Of a DNA stretch of 64,000 nucleotides, positions 40,201 through 55,200 are shown piece after piece. The DNA comes from Lytechinus pictus (lineage: Eukaryota), in NCBI RefSeq assembly GCF_037042905.1, contig NC_087245.1, positions 19,594,001-19,658,000 on the forward strand, written 5' to 3'. The notes under the pieces were generated by a model. The model had not been told where the DNA came from. It did not search any database and worked only from the letters and a program-made list of their open reading frames with translations. A program made the translations under genes and the position numbers. The number at the start of each line of letters is the position of its first letter. The stretch's first letter is position 1.

Positions 40201-43200
40201 CTTGATGATCTGTTACAAGAATTACAAAAGGCAATAATATATCAGACATCCCAAGTTTTACAATATCAGGCATATGACTCCCACCATAAGGGCTATTGCT
40301 CATCATTCCAGTCCCATCTTGAGCCTATAATACACCCTATCTCAAATACATTATACCCACTGTCTGGCAATCTCATGCCAATTCACAGATTCCTGTATGA
40401 AAGTCTCACTAATTGCTGGCATTTAAAGTACGTATCTCTGCAATATGTTACCACAATAGTAATATATCTAGTTTACAGACAAATGGGCCCACAATGTAAG
40501 TCCATCCTACCCCCTTCCTTTTTGCAAATCAAGAATGTCATGTCAAATTCATTTTCCAATATTTATGTTTATGTCTATGTTGCTTTCACAATTTCTGCTA
40601 CAGTCACCTTGCAGAAGGATCACTTTCTCACTCTCCAAAAGTTTGAAAATAACTAGTCAAACCAATTTTAAAGACAATGGGAGCATGAAGATTCAGACCT
40701 CTTCGACAGAGCTATTGCTAAATTGGAAACAAATCTGAAAGCAAACCAAGAGCTGATACCTTAATACACTAAGGAAACAATTTATTACCTCCACTTCTTC
40801 TGTCTCTACAATCTCTACATCATTCTGGAGCCATGTGACCTTGGGAGGTGGCTGTCCCCTGATCCTGAAGTGAAGTCTGATTGGTTGACCCACTGGGATA
40901 TCAAGATGGCTGTACTGAGTCTGGAGAGGGGTGATGTGTGGTGCTGGCACGAGGGCAGCATTCACTGTAACAAAAACAAAATTACACAACATATTTAGAG
41001 ATATTTGTACAGTTTAATAAAAAATTTTACCAATCTTGGTGTCAGAAACAATGTTTAAGCAGCAAGAAAATAGAAGGAAGCTAATGGCAATTCACACTAA
41101 AAATGTATTAAATAAAACCTTATTAAGTTGCAAAAGTGCCCTTGATAAATGCTATTTCAATACACAGTCAATTAGAATGAATGGAAGTAGGAAAAACTGA
41201 CACACCATAGCAAGTTTCTTTTTGCCAGGACTAAATGTATGCTATGTTGGACATCAAAGTAAATGCAATATTCACATATGTGAACAGTATGTAATTAAAA
41301 ACCACTCTGTTATTCTCTGGTATGGCTAATTATTTACTTGTGAAATTGTTCAGAAGAATGAAACTTGAGTCATGCATAGAGTATAATCTGGATGATCCAT
41401 GGCCTGAACATTTCTTTGAAACATTGTTACATTCATGACCAAATTTAACCCCTAAAATTCGGGACTTCAACTTTCATAAGGAAAGAAGCCTACCTTTAAC
41501 AGTGATCTGGCAAGTAGTGGTATCCTGTCCTGCAGGGTTGGTTGCCTTGCAGACATACCGACCTTCATCCTCCAGAAAGGCTTCCCTCACATCCAACCTA
41601 GCAACACTCTCTACAAAGCTCATCTCATACTGAGGCTTCCCAGCGATGGGCTTATCATCCTTGTACCACGTAATGCGAGGAGTAGGCTGGCCAGTGACGC
41701 GGATGGCGATCTCGATGGGCTCGCCTTCGGTCACCTCGATGTCTTTGAGGCGGCTCTGGAAGCGAGGAGGGGTGGCTGCACCCATGAGGGGCATGGCGTC
41801 GGGTTGGGTGAAGAAGCGAGACTGGAGGGGTGCAAACATGGGCTCTGCCTGTGATGGGACTACTTCCATCTGTGTTCTGCAGGTACAAAAAGATCACTGA
41901 AACATTAAATTGACTTTCATTGCATTGTTAACATGTTAATAAAATGTTACCTTTTAGATCAAATTTACATTTAGATATTGCTAACCTAACATACAGGGTT
42001 TGGGGGTGGTGAGACAGATTGTAATGCACTCTAGAACGTTCATTTATTAGTTCTTAATGGGATCAATTAGCTTGTTTCTCTTTCTGTACAAAGGAGAGTA
42101 CATACACCTTGATGATGATATACGGGACCCCTCACTTTCTACAGTTCAGATAAATTAAATTCAACTGCGACTCTATTTTAGATGAGAACCACACAGGTTC
42201 CCCCAACTCTACACTTACAAATTAATCAATCAATATGTGCAATGATTCCCACTAATGATCAATGCAATCAGTAAAAAAAATTAGCCCTACGATCAATCAA
42301 TAAGCTACGTGATACAGGGCACAGACATTATTCTTACACTTCTACTGCTACAAAAGATATATTTCTGAAGGAACTTACACTGGTGGGACAACATCTATCT
42401 CAATGGATGTCGACTCCTGACCCTTATCATTCTCTGCTACCACTGTATAGGTACCAGCATACTCTGGTTTGGCTTCCTTAATGACCAGTTTGTAATCTGT
42501 CTCTTCATTGATGATCTGAAATGCAAGAAGGAGTTGATAAAAACCTTACCCAACATATATGTTTACTCTACAAATTTGTAATTGCTAACCTGTTACCTAC
42601 ATGAAACATGAGCCTTCTCTAGGATGGTAGTCTACAAATTCATATGTTCACAGAATTAATGAAACTGGTAATCCTATTAATGGCTATAAAAGCTGTCTTG
42701 GTTCTTATATTTAACTTGATATTAGTATCATTTTGAATGTTTAATTCTATATACATTAGACTTATGACATTGGACTAGACACTGTTGTATCAATGTTGAA
42801 ACGAAAATGGTAGAAAGCTGCATGGAAATATGTGCTTTGACTGACGGTCACTGACCATCACAATGAATATCTTCATGATCATTATTGATATCATCATCAT
42901 CATCATCATCATCAACATCGTCACCATCATCATCATCACTATCATCATAACCATCATCATCATCATCCTTATCATCATTAACACCACCATCATCTTGATC
43001 ATCACCAAAATCGATACCTACCTCCATTTCTGGAGTTTCCTTTACAGGCACACCATCATGATACCAGCGAACGACCGGTGATGGGAAGGCCTCGATGTTA
43101 AACTTGAGCACAATGGGTTGGCCTACTGGTATATCAAGATGGCTTGACTCATGTGAGATGGGTTTGATGACTGGTGGAGCTTGAGGCAAAGCTGGAGAAA

Positions 43201-46200
43201 TGGTAGAAAATATGGTGTATAAAAATAAATCAAAGAAATATTAATGTATTAGTGCTGCTAGCCATGCAGGAATAGTTCTATCCATCATTCACATTCCTAT
43301 AGGGGTGCCATAGCCAATTCATGAAAATCTCCTGTCTATGCAGAGTAAGGAATTGTTTGAAACCCTGCCATAGTTCTTGGGCCTTTGAGCAAGGAATTTT
43401 ATCTTCATTGATCTTTCATGTCTTTTGGATGGTACATGTAGGTCTAAGACGGCAGTCGAAGATGTAAAAATGCATATCCGATTGACAAAGGTCTATAAAA
43501 TCACAGACACACCCTCACACTATTGCAACCACACAGGAAGGTGGATTCATTCATATCCCTTACACTCTCTGAAAGAAGTACAAAATTACACCTAAATTGC
43601 CTTCAAGAATAAAACATATCCCACAATAATTCAAAATGGATTCCTATTCTTATCTCTATGGTAACTAACTCACATTTGACTTCAACTCTCCCTGAGGTAA
43701 CGTCTCGGCCATGATTGTTGGTAGCTTGACAGGTGTAGAGACCTGCATCCTCCAGGAAGGCTTCCCTGACGTCAAGACAAGCAACGCTCTCCATGAAGCT
43801 AAGCTCATACTGGGGCTCATTCTCTGTCAGCTCCTTGTTATCTGTTTGGAAGAATAAAATATGAATCTTTAGACTGGTATCACTAAATACAGTGTACAGA
43901 AGTCAAATCTCTGCTTGAAAAGTAGATCATGCAAACATTTGTATTGTGAATTGCCCTTGTTACCACAATCACCATCACTGTGACCATCACTGTAAATGTT
44001 ACATCATGAAACCATCATCACTGTCATGATAATCATCATCTTCACCTTACATATAAATATCACCATAATCACCAGCATCATTATCACCATCAAAATCACC
44101 AGAACAATTATCATCATTGTGATGTAATTAAAACATCACAAATCTCAGTACCCCTGTTTTTATTAACATTATAATCATTGTCACTATCATCATCACCATC
44201 ATCAGAATAATCAACCAAAAATGTTCACCTTTGTTGTCACCGCCCTTTTCACCACAACAATAACCATCATCATCATCATCAACGCCATCATCCTCAACAT
44301 AAACATCATCATCATCCATTCTTTTCTTACCTTTATACCAGACGATATTAGGTACAGGCACGCCAGCAACCTTGCAGGTTAGCTCAAATGGTTGACCATC
44401 AGGGATCACTAAATCCTTGAGCCTGGTCTTGAACCTTGGAGCAGTACCAGGTGGGGTCTTGGCTGCAGGAGCAGGGGCACTCTGGACCTCCTCTTGGTGG
44501 ATGGGTATGCTACAATCAAAGGACATATTGATTCGATATTTAAAGGTAATGTTGATAAAGATACTTTAAGGAAATTTTTCAATAATCATGTCACCAACAT
44601 CAGTAATTTCATCTTCATCATCATTCCCTCCATTAATGTCACCATCATTATCATCATCATTGCCATCAACATCAATATTATAATCAATTTCATCACCATC
44701 ACCATCATCATCACCACCACTATCATCATCATAACATATCATCATGATCAAAATCATAATTTAAGATCATATCATCTTCATTATTATCACTATTATCATC
44801 ACAGTTACCATCACTGTCAGTATCATCATTAACAGAAAATATAAGACTTACACGACAGGTGGGCGTGGGACATTAATCTCAACACTGGAAGACTCCTGTC
44901 CTTTCTCATTTTCAGCTCTGATGGTGTATTTGCCGGTATCTTCAGGTTCTGCTTGACCGATCTGCATCGTGTACGTTGTATCCTCCTTCACGACCTTCAA
45001 AACAAAGCAAGGAAAGTTTGGTGTCACAATCCATCAGTGAACGTGATGGCAAATATCTTACAAGCAGGCTATATCTTCAGAGAGATTGACTTATCCAAAC
45101 AAACTTAATTCATATACATAAGTGACGCATTGAACGTTAATACAGGTGATGGTCAACAATGCAAATAATATCATGACACTAAATAGTCAGGATTATGTTT
45201 ATCATTAGCAGGGTTGAAGTTGGTCAAGACAACCACAAAAGAAAGTTATCAGTTACATAAAACAAAGCAAATAGTCCCCTAAATCAATATTACATCATTG
45301 TTAGACTTTAATTAGCATATCATGACATGGTAAATATATACTTTAATACTTTTTTTTAAATACACTACACATCAATAACAAACAGGTCCAGAATCTTGCA
45401 ACAGATAATTCTAAGCTTACTCTTACACCTCTGACTAAAAATCGATCAATCTTTGAGTGAGAATAATCATTAGATATACCTTGATTCTTCCATCTGGTCT
45501 GAGTGGACGGTCATTATGATGCCAGGTGACAGTAGGCTCTGGGTTACCGGACACCTTGAAGGCCAGTTTGATAGGTTGACCAACCGGTATCTCCAGGTAG
45601 CTGGACTCCAGCTTCAAGGGTTGGATCCAGGGTGGAGTAGGAGATGCATCCTCTGGAAAATAGCATATTTTGAAGGAGGGCAATAATAACAACATTTGAA
45701 AACATGGCAACAAAATATATTTAAAAGAGGGAAATTACATTTTGAAACACAGCAATAGTAAAATGTTTCAAACGAAGTAGACAGCACAAATATGTATTTC
45801 AAAGGGAGGAATAATATAGTTTGAAATAGAGCAATAGTAAAAATAAATGTTTTGAAAGAAGGGAATAGCACAAAATAAAAATATCAAACAAGGATATAGC
45901 CCATTTCAAAAGTGGGATATAGGACATTGAGAAAGTGGGGAACAGCAGACCTTGAAATAGAACAATAGTAGAATATTTGGAAAGAAGGAAAAAAAAATGT
46001 TTCAAAGAGGGATATTTCACAACAATTTGGAAGAATAAATACAGTTGTGAAAGAGAGATGTATAGGAATTTTTATTTTTATTTTGAATAAATTTGTTTTC
46101 AAGAGGCATATACATGTAGTAGGTTAATACCATGGGGTTTTACCCTCGATGTCACTGGCAAGTGGGAATTGGATACCTTTTTTTTAATTAATATCATCAA

Positions 46201-49200
46201 CAAATAAAATATCTATTCAATGGAACAAGCATGCAATACAACCAAGCTTATTGCCAGGTAAATACATTTTTGAGGAGTCAATATAAGAATAGTATATAAA
46301 TACTAAAAACTATTAAATTTGTACTTAAGTTAATTTGTCATACACATTAGTAATATCCACTGACTATATATATGTATACAAAAGAAAACTGGAAATACAA
46401 ATGAAAAATCAGTCTTGTATTCATTACAACATAAATCAAATGTATGGAAAGTGATAAATAGTTGTTTGATACATTACATGATTTTAAATGAACCATGAAA
46501 ATTACTTTTGATGAGTTATGCACATGCTACAAAAGTTCAAAAAGTTGTGAAAACAGATTCGATAAAATACAAATATGTCTTCATCATAGGAATAAGATTC
46601 TCTCATTATGGACATTTTCCATAATACAATAATAACATGTCCTAAAAATACTCATTTAAGATGGCATCCACGTACATATAAAGACAGAAAACCCCTGAAG
46701 ATCATAAAAACAAAGAAAGATAATTAGAGCAAATAAACAAACTCAACTCTTACTAGAGTCATCTTCCTTTCTATGTACATGAACTGATTCCAATTTAATT
46801 CTAGCCAAAAAATATTTGTTTATATATTTTTCTACAGAGAACAAACACCCAATTTCCATTTCACAAATCTCTTCTCATTTGTAACACTGTGCATTGCCCA
46901 TCACTTCCTCGTACAAATTTCTAAATCAGTTAATACATAATGAAAGTGATAAAGTGAGCAACATGTGAAGCAGAATCAAAGTGAAGAAGAAAAAGAAAAT
47001 GCGATTAGTGAACTGAACAAAATGGGAAAGAAAATAAACAGAAAAAAATAGAAAGGATGAATCAGTCAGTTTAGTATATTATGAGGAGAAAACATCATTT
47101 ATCACAAGGTAAAGAAAATGGAACAATTAAATATAACATCAAGAAACAAGAAAAGAGAGAAATATCAAGGTTAAGTATATAGACATATATCAGAAACTGG
47201 AATAGATTAATTTCAAGGTTTTTTTATTGTGACAGGTGAATATATTTATACTGAACTAAGACAATACAATTTATCTACATAAGCACATGGACTTTAGTGA
47301 AACATGTGTTTTAAATTTTGCTGAATGAATACAGCTACCATTTTTTATTGTCATTACTAATCAGAAATGCTTTGATAAAATAAACTGCCAGGCAATTCAT
47401 ACAGCATACATACATGTGATAATAACTTTCACATCATGCAAAAGCGGGAAAATGCATTTACAAAATTACTATTTGAAATAAATCCTTTTTAAGTTTCATG
47501 TTCATCATTTATGAGTATGAGTATTTAACTCTGTATTTCCATCTCTTACAGAAGTGATTTTTCAGAGGTTCAGCCTCCATTTTCAAAAAAAATTATGGTC
47601 AACTGCAAGAAAATTCTGAATAGGTTTTATCAACCTTTTCTGGATTGAATACAAAGAAGTTTCTGTCATATTATTTAAAAATCAACATACTACTTCCTCT
47701 TTAATGTACAAAAAAAAAATTCTGTGACAGAGATTTGTTTGGGTTTGGGTCCAAAATTTTCTGGAAAACTGTGGCTCCAATTACACTGCCAAATATTTAT
47801 ATATAATTTAACACACTTTCGGTTAAAAAAATTGAAAGCTAATCAATAATTTTTTTTTGCACAATTACATGCAGCAGCATCAAGTGTATAAGAGCAGCAA
47901 AATTATCACATTCAAGCTCTTGCAAAAGGTTGCATATAAATATCATAATAGGCAGAGTAGTGCAATAATATTGTGACATAAGCAGGATTTACCAGGCATT
48001 CGCTAATGAAGAATTATCAAGAGTATTTGCGAGAAAAGTACTTGTAGTTTGAAACACAAAATAGATCCCCCTATTTGATATTTTCTTTTGGATTTTTTTC
48101 CTCTTTGGTGTTTATTCCTATAGCTTTTGCTACACTTTTGCCAAATAAGAGTGATAAACATGGATTCAGTTTTTGTAAAATGAAACACTTTTGGTTTTTA
48201 AAGGCATAGATTTCCCACATTTAAACGAATACCCGGTACTAAGTGCATTTCACATGAATATATGTGGGTGAAAGTGTATATATAGTGTTGAGTCGATGTG
48301 GGCTACAAATGCCTGTGTTGGATGGGAATGACAAAAGTCATTTCAGAAGATAAATGAATAGGATGACAAGAAATGATATATTTTCTGTTGAATAGCCTAC
48401 TCAAGACGCTCACCAAGAACAGTTACTTTAGCCGAGGATTCGTCAGATCCGACGGCGTTCGTCACACGGCAAGTGTACATGCCAGAATCTTCGGGAAACG
48501 ACTCATTGACCTGCAACGTGGCCATGTTACTTTGGAATTTCATGACGTATTCATAGCCGTCCTCTAGAGGCTCGCCACCCTTGAACCAATGTGCGGTGAC
48601 TGGGGCAACACCATCAACCACACATGCTAGCTTAAATGGGGCGCCCTCTTTGACCGTCACATTTTGTAAATTGGAGAGGATGCAAGCGGCTTGGCATTTA
48701 GAACCATCATCAGTAGCATCTACTTCATCCTCGCCTGGGGTTAATGTTTGGAAAAGAAATTAAAATGAGCAGATAGGAAAGAAGAAATCATTCAGAGTAC
48801 ACCAGGATAAACTTGTTAAAGAAATAAAATAAAGCTTGATGCTTGCAAAGAGAGAGAAAGCATTTTAAAAGTATGCTTAATCAAGAATAAATACAATGTA
48901 TTGAGCTGAAAAGAAAAGAATAGAATGCAGATATAATTACAATAGTAAATATACAATATAAGTCTCTACTAGAAGCTAAATCATCAACGTGTCTGACAGC
49001 AAACATGATGGATCATGCAAAGTTTATCCTTACAAACCTTAAACTATGCATAACAGTTTGAAAACTAATGAAACATTCATATAACATGCTTTGGTCAGAC
49101 TTGCAAACAATGAATTCTTCTAGCATTCATGTTAATATGTCATTTCAATGCAAACAATATTGCAAAAAGACTTATTGCATGTTTTTTTTTCTAATTAGTC

Positions 49201-52200
49201 CATGACTTGCTATTCATAGAAGATTGACCAGAGATCCCATTGATTCATTTAAGAATAAAAAGAAAGTATAGTTTTTCAAAGACTTTTTTATCCACCTACT
49301 AAGAGTTTTCCATTTTAGTAATAAAATGATGCTTTCACTATTCTTTAATTAAATTTTGATCAATATTCCCAAAACAAAATTTGAAGTATTGATGATGTAA
49401 TATCAGGTGATATGCTGAAAGTTGAAATAGAAGTTCAACTATAAATGGGGAAAGGCTAATATTAAGCATGTATGAAAGCATTGATGGGAATATGGCCTAT
49501 GAAAATCAATTGATTAAATAGTAATTACAAACGAGAACTGAAAGGGGGATAGCAAAGCATCGGATATAATTATAAGTGACTGAATCAAAACCACCGTGTT
49601 ATAATCTCACCAGTTACAACAGTTAAGTTAGCACTTGATGCAGTGCGCCCCCAAGCATTAGTCGTCTGACAGGTATACACCCCTTCGTCTTCTGCGAAAG
49701 ACTCATTCACTTGCAGCACTGCAAGACCTTCCCGATCATCAAACGACATCAGAAATTCACCAGCTTCATCAAGTGCTTCGTCGTTTTTGAACCACTTGAC
49801 GGAGATGGGCAATTCACCGCTGATTTGGCACGTGATTCGGATAGGATCGCCCTCTTGTAATGTTACGTCTTCGGGATGGGATAAGATGGCTGGCGCTCTT
49901 AAATCACCTTCATCTAGGCCTAGCATTCAAAATTGGGGGGATTATTTTCCATTTTGGAAAGGTTAATGTTAGTAAATGTCACCAAAGAGATTAACTGCAG
50001 ACCAAGTTTTAATAGAATATCTGAGAATCTTATCGATGTTTAATTCAGTTTACAGAACGTATTAATTTGGAAAGAGTGACAGAAAAGATGTGCATTAAAA
50101 GGTTATTTCAAATATATTGTCCTCTATACATTTAAACAATTGTTTAACTGGTCTGTATATTTTGAAAATTAGTTTGACTAAACTTTAAAGTGTAGTAGGC
50201 TACATTGCAATAACAAACAACTGATAATGTTTATACAGAAAATTTATATGAATATTTAGAAGTTTAACATGTTTGTAAATATGTAAACAAATTATATCAT
50301 ATAAATAATAACATATCGCTTGCCATGATAAAAAGAATATTCTCCATACAAAGGCTATTATTCCTATTTCATTCAATTCCAAATGACATATATTGAACCC
50401 AATAGTAATTTATTAGGGCTCCTTTGCAACTTTCAAGGGTTATATGGCTAAGGTTTTTTTTTAAGGGGGGTCCCTCTCTTAGCACCCCCAAACATATACG
50501 AAATAATCATGTAAATATATCAAGTTAAGAGAATTTCACCCAATCTGCAGTTCACTGTTAATCACATTTCTACTACACATGGTGTACGACAAGTGAAACA
50601 AATCATGTATCAGGATTTAAGGATATGCAACTGAAAATGAATTTCAAACTTCCACACAAGTTCTTTAAATGCTAAATCAGAGTCAATCTACAATTTATGC
50701 GATATGTCACTACTATTCTACATACATGTACATGTATTAAGACTACTTTGCAAACATTCATTTTCAATCATGCTATCTAAATCCATCAAGAAATTACTTC
50801 ATTCATCTTCAGGAATGAATCAATACCAAGTATGTCATAAACATCATACTCGTCTATATCAATTAACCCCATATTTTTCAATATGATTGTGTAATCAAAA
50901 CTGAAATTCCAGTATACAATTTGGTATTTTCAAAGTTTGGTTTCATCATCACTTTATTATTCCACTGTAGAGTATATTAGTTTCATTGCCTCTGAAAGTC
51001 TACTCTGCCTTAAAGCAATTTAAGAATTGATGCCACCATGCAAAATAATTAAAGCAACCGCTGTGCCCAAAATATGCAAGCATGCAAGCAGTTTTTAAAC
51101 ATATAAATCGCTGTACAACCCATATATATGTCTGCTTTGATATAGAAGCTCTTAGATGCCATTCCCTTGCTTTTAATGCGTACAATAGATTACAAATACC
51201 CGCAACATTATCATCACCCCAAACAATGGATTAAAAATGAAGATATCTCATTCAATGTGACAATGCTCAACGTACGTATCAATCTGCAAACAAGGTGCAA
51301 ACTAATTGTCTCAAAATGTAATCAATGTACTTGTTTTTAAAAAATATGAAAATCCAATGATATGACCTTGAAGAAATATCAAAGAAAGGGCAATTACATT
51401 AGAAAGAACATAGAAATGGTAAAGATCAGTAATCTAGAATTGTGCATTTCAGACTTACCCATGACGGAGAGCATACTGGTGGTTTCAGCCTTCCCAGCCT
51501 CATTGGTTGCACGACAGGTGTACCTGGCAGCATCCTCGGGGAAGACCTCATCGATCTCAAGTCTACAGGTACCAGTCTCTGTGTTGCGCTTCAGATTGTA
51601 GTCTGGGTTGTCAGCATTGACTGGCTTGTTGTTCTTAAGCCATTCCACCTGTGGAGTGACAAAAAGAGTCAGTTTGTTTGGTGTTTAATCTAGTACTATT
51701 ATCTGCTGCTTGTTTGCGAGGTGCTATGTCTGGCCTATCGTTGGGATCAAGGCTACACATAGATATCTAGCTTTGATTATTTATAAAGTGATGCTATCAT
51801 TGACACCACTACCCCCCCCCCAAAAAAAAAAGATACTGATAGACACAGATTAACATAGATCCAAATCTTGTCATGTCAGTGAATATGAATATCCAATATA
51901 AAATTCTATGAATTTCTGATATAAAAGAACCCATATTGAACCCTCCACATTTGCATGGACAACCCTGGTCTCAACATGACTCCTGATATCATAAATAAGA
52001 AATCATTATGATGTGAATCATTTGTCCAGCACAACTTTTCTCATGATTTGAAGCATGTAATGCTCATTTATCAGCCTAAGTATGGCCAATATTCTCACCC
52101 GGTCTAAAGAATATAAAAGATGCTGCAGACCTCCATTCATATGTGGTTTGTAAGGGCCCGTAACACAAAGATTAGCAATGATCATAGAATATTTTTCTAC

Positions 52201-55200
52201 GATTAATTGCACTGACTAAAATTCATCGTGAAAATCAAGCCTACGATTAATCGCTAACCTTTGTGTTACGGGACCCAGGAGAGTATTTCATGAAGCATCT
52301 TGTCAGTCATTTTCATTTACCAAATTTGCTCTCAGCCAATCAGATGCAAGCAATCCAGTAGCTTATAACACATAGTCAGTGAAATTTTTGTTTCATGAAA
52401 TGCTCCCCTAAACAAGATCCTATGATGAATGTACATGTACCATCGACAGTCCATACTCACCACAGGCACAGGATCCCCTTTCAACACACATTCAAATGCA
52501 AACGGAGCTCCCTTCTTAGCTTGAGCATTCATCAATGGGGTGATGAACACGGGCGGTTCCTCAGCTTCTGTAAGTGGATGTTAAGAACAAGAAGCAGATG
52601 AAGATGATGGTCATGTTTCTTGCTGAAATCACTCCCAATTTATTGCAGATCAATACGTATCCAATATTGTTCACTTTGGGGAGAATAACTGTTAAGTCCC
52701 ATAATTTGTCCATTCAGGCATATTTTCCAATTTTATTGGCAAATGAAGAGCAGTCACAGTACATAAGAGAGAAAAAATGTTTTACGAATCCGAGCAGTGA
52801 CCTTGTGGTGTCAATTTTGATTGAAACCATTATTTTTGGGGTAAAAAATAATGGTGAAATTTATTTTTAAACAAAGTACACATCGATACTGAAAAAAGTC
52901 CTAATGCAGTTTACAAAGAAATTACCTGATACTACAAACACACAAAATCTAAATATCAAATTTGTTCACTCCATCGTGAGACAACACAGCAAGTTACTAG
53001 CTATTCATACTACCACGATGCTTAACTATTAAATATTAAATTCCTTATTCTACACTTACATCAAATTTAATTTGTAGAGTGAATGTGAACCTACCATTGA
53101 CTTTGACCTGGATGATACACTCTGCCCTACCAGCAGGGTTGGTAGCAGTACAGATGAAGATACCTTCATCTTCTAGATCAGCCTCTGGGATGATCAGGGT
53201 GTGTGTCTTACCATCTTCCTTCAGGATGTAAGGTTCTCCTTTCACTTTGATGCCATCCTTAGACCTAATGATAATATTAATAATGAGAATAATAAGTATT
53301 TCTGATGCAGACTTTCTGATATATTATCACTCAAGGTTTTGATATATAAAAACAGGGCCCCTTTGCATAAAAAGTTACCATCATGGTAACTTCGCCATGC
53401 AATGGTAACTTGCATGGAATTCTTGATTTTGATTGGATGTTGATCAGCGTTACCATGGTAGTTACCATTGGATGACAAAGTTACCATAATTGTAATTTTC
53501 ATGCAACGGAGCCCTGAACAGGAAACATATCACTGCACAAAATTTTCTAAGCAGGAAGATGGCAGAGAAACAATCATTTTAACTAGCAAAAACAAATTTA
53601 TTATTTCAACTATTAAAGGCAGGAGAAGGGGAGTCAACTTGCTATTGACCAAAATCCAATGGATCAATTCCAGTAGCTTGCTCAGAAGCTCATAACCTGA
53701 CATTGATAGCAAGTTCTAATGAAACAGGTACCTGAACTCTAATTGAGTAGAGCTTTATCACTCAATACACACACTTTCCCTTGTTATACATGTATAACAT
53801 CTTCCTTGTAGATCCAATAACTAAGAAGTTCTTGGGGATACAATCAGATGGAATTTCAGGACACAATATCTCTGTATCTCTCTCTCTCTCTTTTCCATTG
53901 TACATATCAATGTTACTTACCAAACCACATTGGGATCTGGATAGGCATCCACCACCACCTCAAGGCAGAGTGGTTTGCCTTCTTCTACATTCTTATCTCC
54001 TGGGATCTGAATGAACTTTGGCATGAGGGCATTGTGGGTCAACTGGATGTGTCCAGTGGATACCTTTGGTACTTGCTTGGGCAATACAAACTCCTCCTGT
54101 ACAGCTGTGGAAAAAAGGGAGGGGAAAACCTAATATAATAAACACGTCACATGCCAAATGCTAGCTCTATAATGATGTAACCTTTGCAAATATGTCATCA
54201 TCTTCTCCAAATGTGGAGATAAGATTATTAAATTTTCATCAAATGCAAAGACACAAACACTTGCGGGTATTTAATGTTTGTGTGACTATTTCAATTTGGG
54301 GTTACCATGTAATTTACAAGTACTGGTGACTTACCTTGGACATTCAGCTTAGCTTTGCATGCTGCTTCACCGATTACATTGAAAGCCTTGATGGTGTACA
54401 CTCCATCAGCTTCTGGCTGGGTGTTGTAAAAGCTCAGGGCACAGAGTCCTTCGTCACCGCACTCCACTCGAAGGTTATTGGACGTACGGACGGGAACACC
54501 GTCCTTGTACCATTCAACCTCGGGTGCAGGGTCTCCCTTCACGACACAGTCCAATTCTAAAAAGCAAACAATCACACAGTGATGACATGAAAATCTTTGT
54601 ATCATCTTATATGTGAACAATTCTGCATTTAACAGGTTCTCATATTGTCAAATATATTATCTTGGGGGAGAATGATTGAAAATAATATTAGGCACTCAAA
54701 TCCACTCTGCAAAATGCTTAAGGTACTACATGTATCTGTCATTACTATGGCTTTTGCCTGACTACCATCTTGGTTTAAAAGCATTTCAAAATAGTTTAAT
54801 AGCAAATTTAGCAGCCCCTCAAAGCCCAATACAGATGGTCCCAATGCTTTCCAAACAAAAATCAAGGGTCAGCAAATTGTAATTATATCTCCATCAGCAT
54901 TGTAGAGTCTCTGTGACTTTTGTCAATCAGGAGTTGAACTTACGTGTTGCCCTGCCTTGCTTGACAAGATTGTCCCTTATCTTCCTGGTGAAGTAAGGAG
55001 CATAACCAACAGGCTTAGGGGGTTCTGGTTCTGGCGCTGGGAAAGTTGGGAACGCTTCTACTGGCTCCTTTCTGGTTTGAGTGATCGGCGATTCTGGTTG
55101 GACGAGCTGAATAAAAGAATTTCAAGACCAAGATTATGTTTCAAAAGAAATAAAAAGAACTGTACAAATATACAGACAGGCACATATTAAAAGATACAAC

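Larger units (their letters stand above)
42850..44830. repeat. Degenerate (CAT/ATC)n tracts in three introns (about 42850-43010, 43965-44320, 44580-44830)
   Basis: Visible trinucleotide periodicity; similar tracts at about 8615-8810 and 18465-18700. Confidence 0.85.

Noticed and set aside
40048..40656. 202-aa plus-strand ORF
   Set aside because: Antisense to a real exon and intron; low-information composition with no recognisable domain
42848..43021. Poly-Asp extension of ORF 42848..43189 (and likewise 44128..44330 and 44566..44757)
   Set aside because: Read-through or ORFs inside intronic (GAT)n microsatellite beyond consensus donors; the splice phases close correctly without them
46754..46783. 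30-nt symmetric microexon (VHVHRKEDDS)
   Set aside because: The acceptor lacks a pyrimidine tract; insufficient support
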